A stretch of 62,968 bases of DNA, the filler included, from Callorhinchus milii (taxonomy: Eukaryota): NCBI RefSeq assembly GCF_018977255.1. It is 4 parts of 4 records of this genome, joined end to end, with 100 filler letters (N's around TTAATTAATTAA, not from the genome) between each part and the next. Parts side by side here need not be neighbours in the genome. Positions count along the whole stretch, not along the records: positions 44,893 to 62,968 come from NW_024705044.1; 3 more parts are not named here. The stretch is one strand, 5' to 3'. Within the stretch, counting starts at the first letter, position 1. The number at the start of each line of letters is the position of its first letter. The translations under genes were made by a program, and so were the position numbers. The notes below the pieces were generated by a model. The model searched no databases, was not told where the DNA came from, and saw only the letters and a program-made list of their open reading frames with translations. This document shows positions 61,705-62,968 of the stretch, one piece after another.

Positions 61705-62240
61705 TGCGCCGGCTTGGGTCAGATGTGCCAGTGGGAAAAAGGCGAATATGATGACGCTAGTAACCTTTTGACCCGTGACCATGTGACCTCACCCCACACG
61801 CCCCCCAGATCCGCGTATGGCGTTTCATCAAGGGCCGCGAGCTGCTGCCTGCTTCCGTGACGGGGGCCGAGCGTCCGCGCGTCAGCGTCGAGGGATTCGG
61901 CGACGGCGCTTCCGTGTGCGACGCGCGCGTGTCTCCCGGCGACACGCGCGTCTTCCTGCTGGCGCTGGGGCCCGGCGGGCCCTCTCGCTGGCGTCCAGCG
62001 TGATCCGCGTCAGCATGGCCAACCTGGAGGCCCTGGAGAACACCCTGGGTAGGTTGCACGACGCTGTGGTGGTGACGGCGGCGGCGTCGAAGGAGACTGT
62101 TGGTTCCGCCGGTTATGTTTCCATTTCCCGTAGTAACGTGAACGTGCGTCGAGATAAATGTTTACTTTATTTTTGCTGCCTTACAAATTTCCACGCGACG
62201 AGCCTCTTCGTTGAGCCGTCGCTTGCGGCCAGGTTGCTTC
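61690..62240. promoter_or_regulatory. CpG island
   Basis: Very high CpG and GC density around a Kozak-context ATG. Confidence 0.6.
62015..62048 (+). CDS. Candidate first coding exon of an unidentified gene (MANLEALENTL+)
   Basis: gtcagcATGG Kozak context, GC3-rich codons, phase-1 donor G|gtaggt, inside a CpG island. Confidence 0.5.
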
Positions 62241-62968
62241 TGAAAACGAAGCTAATAGCTCAGTGGGCTTTGCTTGGTAAGATAAAAATTCGTTTCGTTT
62301 TATTCGTATATTTGTTTAAGTGGTATATTTACCTTTCCTGTACTTTGCACTCCTATCGTGTTTTTGTCATTTTAGTTGTAACGTTCTGACGTGCCCCTTC
62401 TGGACATGTGTGAAAAATATCTTCATAGCTTATCGGATTCCTCCATTATAAACGAATACTATGATTCCTTTTTAATGATCTATCAATGGCAGCCATACCT
62501 CATGTGGCAAATCGTGTTTGAGCATTTAAACAAATGATCGTGGGTAATAATTATTATCAACGTGCTATGGTAATGCGCCCGATGTGCCCAAGGGGTCAGG
62601 TTTTTTTACATTTTACTTAAGCTGGCAAGTGGTGACACCCCCTCCACCCCCTGCCCGCCCCATCTCCACATTGGGGGGGGGGGGTAGAAAAACATCTTTT
62701 GGCACCCGAGGTGGGCGAGATGTCGTCGAACCCTGCGGGGACCCCCCCCCCCCCCCAGTGGAATGACATCACACGATCCTCCACGACGAATCCCGCCATC
62801 CCACAAGACACCACGATCGTCGTGTCCAGAGGAATTCTGGGAAAAGGGGGGCAGCCCTAGTGACGGCCGCCGGGGGCTTGTCACCGCGCGAGCCTTCGGC
62901 ATTTTCGATTCCCGCTCGCGACCGACGATGGTGGCGAACATTTGAACAGGCCTTGGCCCTCCCCTAGT

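Overview
Eukaryotic (vertebrate) genomic DNA, not one continuous locus. Four contigs are joined by an artificial 100-nt spacer (N44-TTAATTAATTAA-N44) at 17849, 38270 and 44793. Contig 1 (1-17848): the conserved head-to-head pair MRTO4 (minus, exons 1-4) and EMC1 (plus, 22 exons plus a 9-nt microexon, with one apparent +1 frameshift), among tRNA-headed SINEs and L2 LINEs of cartilaginous-fish (probably chimaera) type. Contig 2 (17949-38269): same SINE family, an inverted duplication with two GPR139/GPR142-like GPCR genes plus a third fragment, an intact TRIM-type PRY-SPRY terminal exon and two decayed SPRY copies. Contigs 3-4 (38370-62968): a different, lamprey-like repeat landscape with solo LTRs, a Penelope-like GIY-YIG fragment, a 5S rRNA fragment, V-SINEs, a Helentron/DINE-like tandem, a Tigger-like MITE, a decayed hAT transposon, a Chapaev3 transposon and a CpG-island candidate first exon. 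The most interesting signal is a set of minimal hammerhead ribozymes (CUGANGA...GAAACGUC) with co-varying stem II, one beside the Penelope ORF and most others in short fold-back elements. Taxon and family assignments come from my recollection of known families; no database searches were run.
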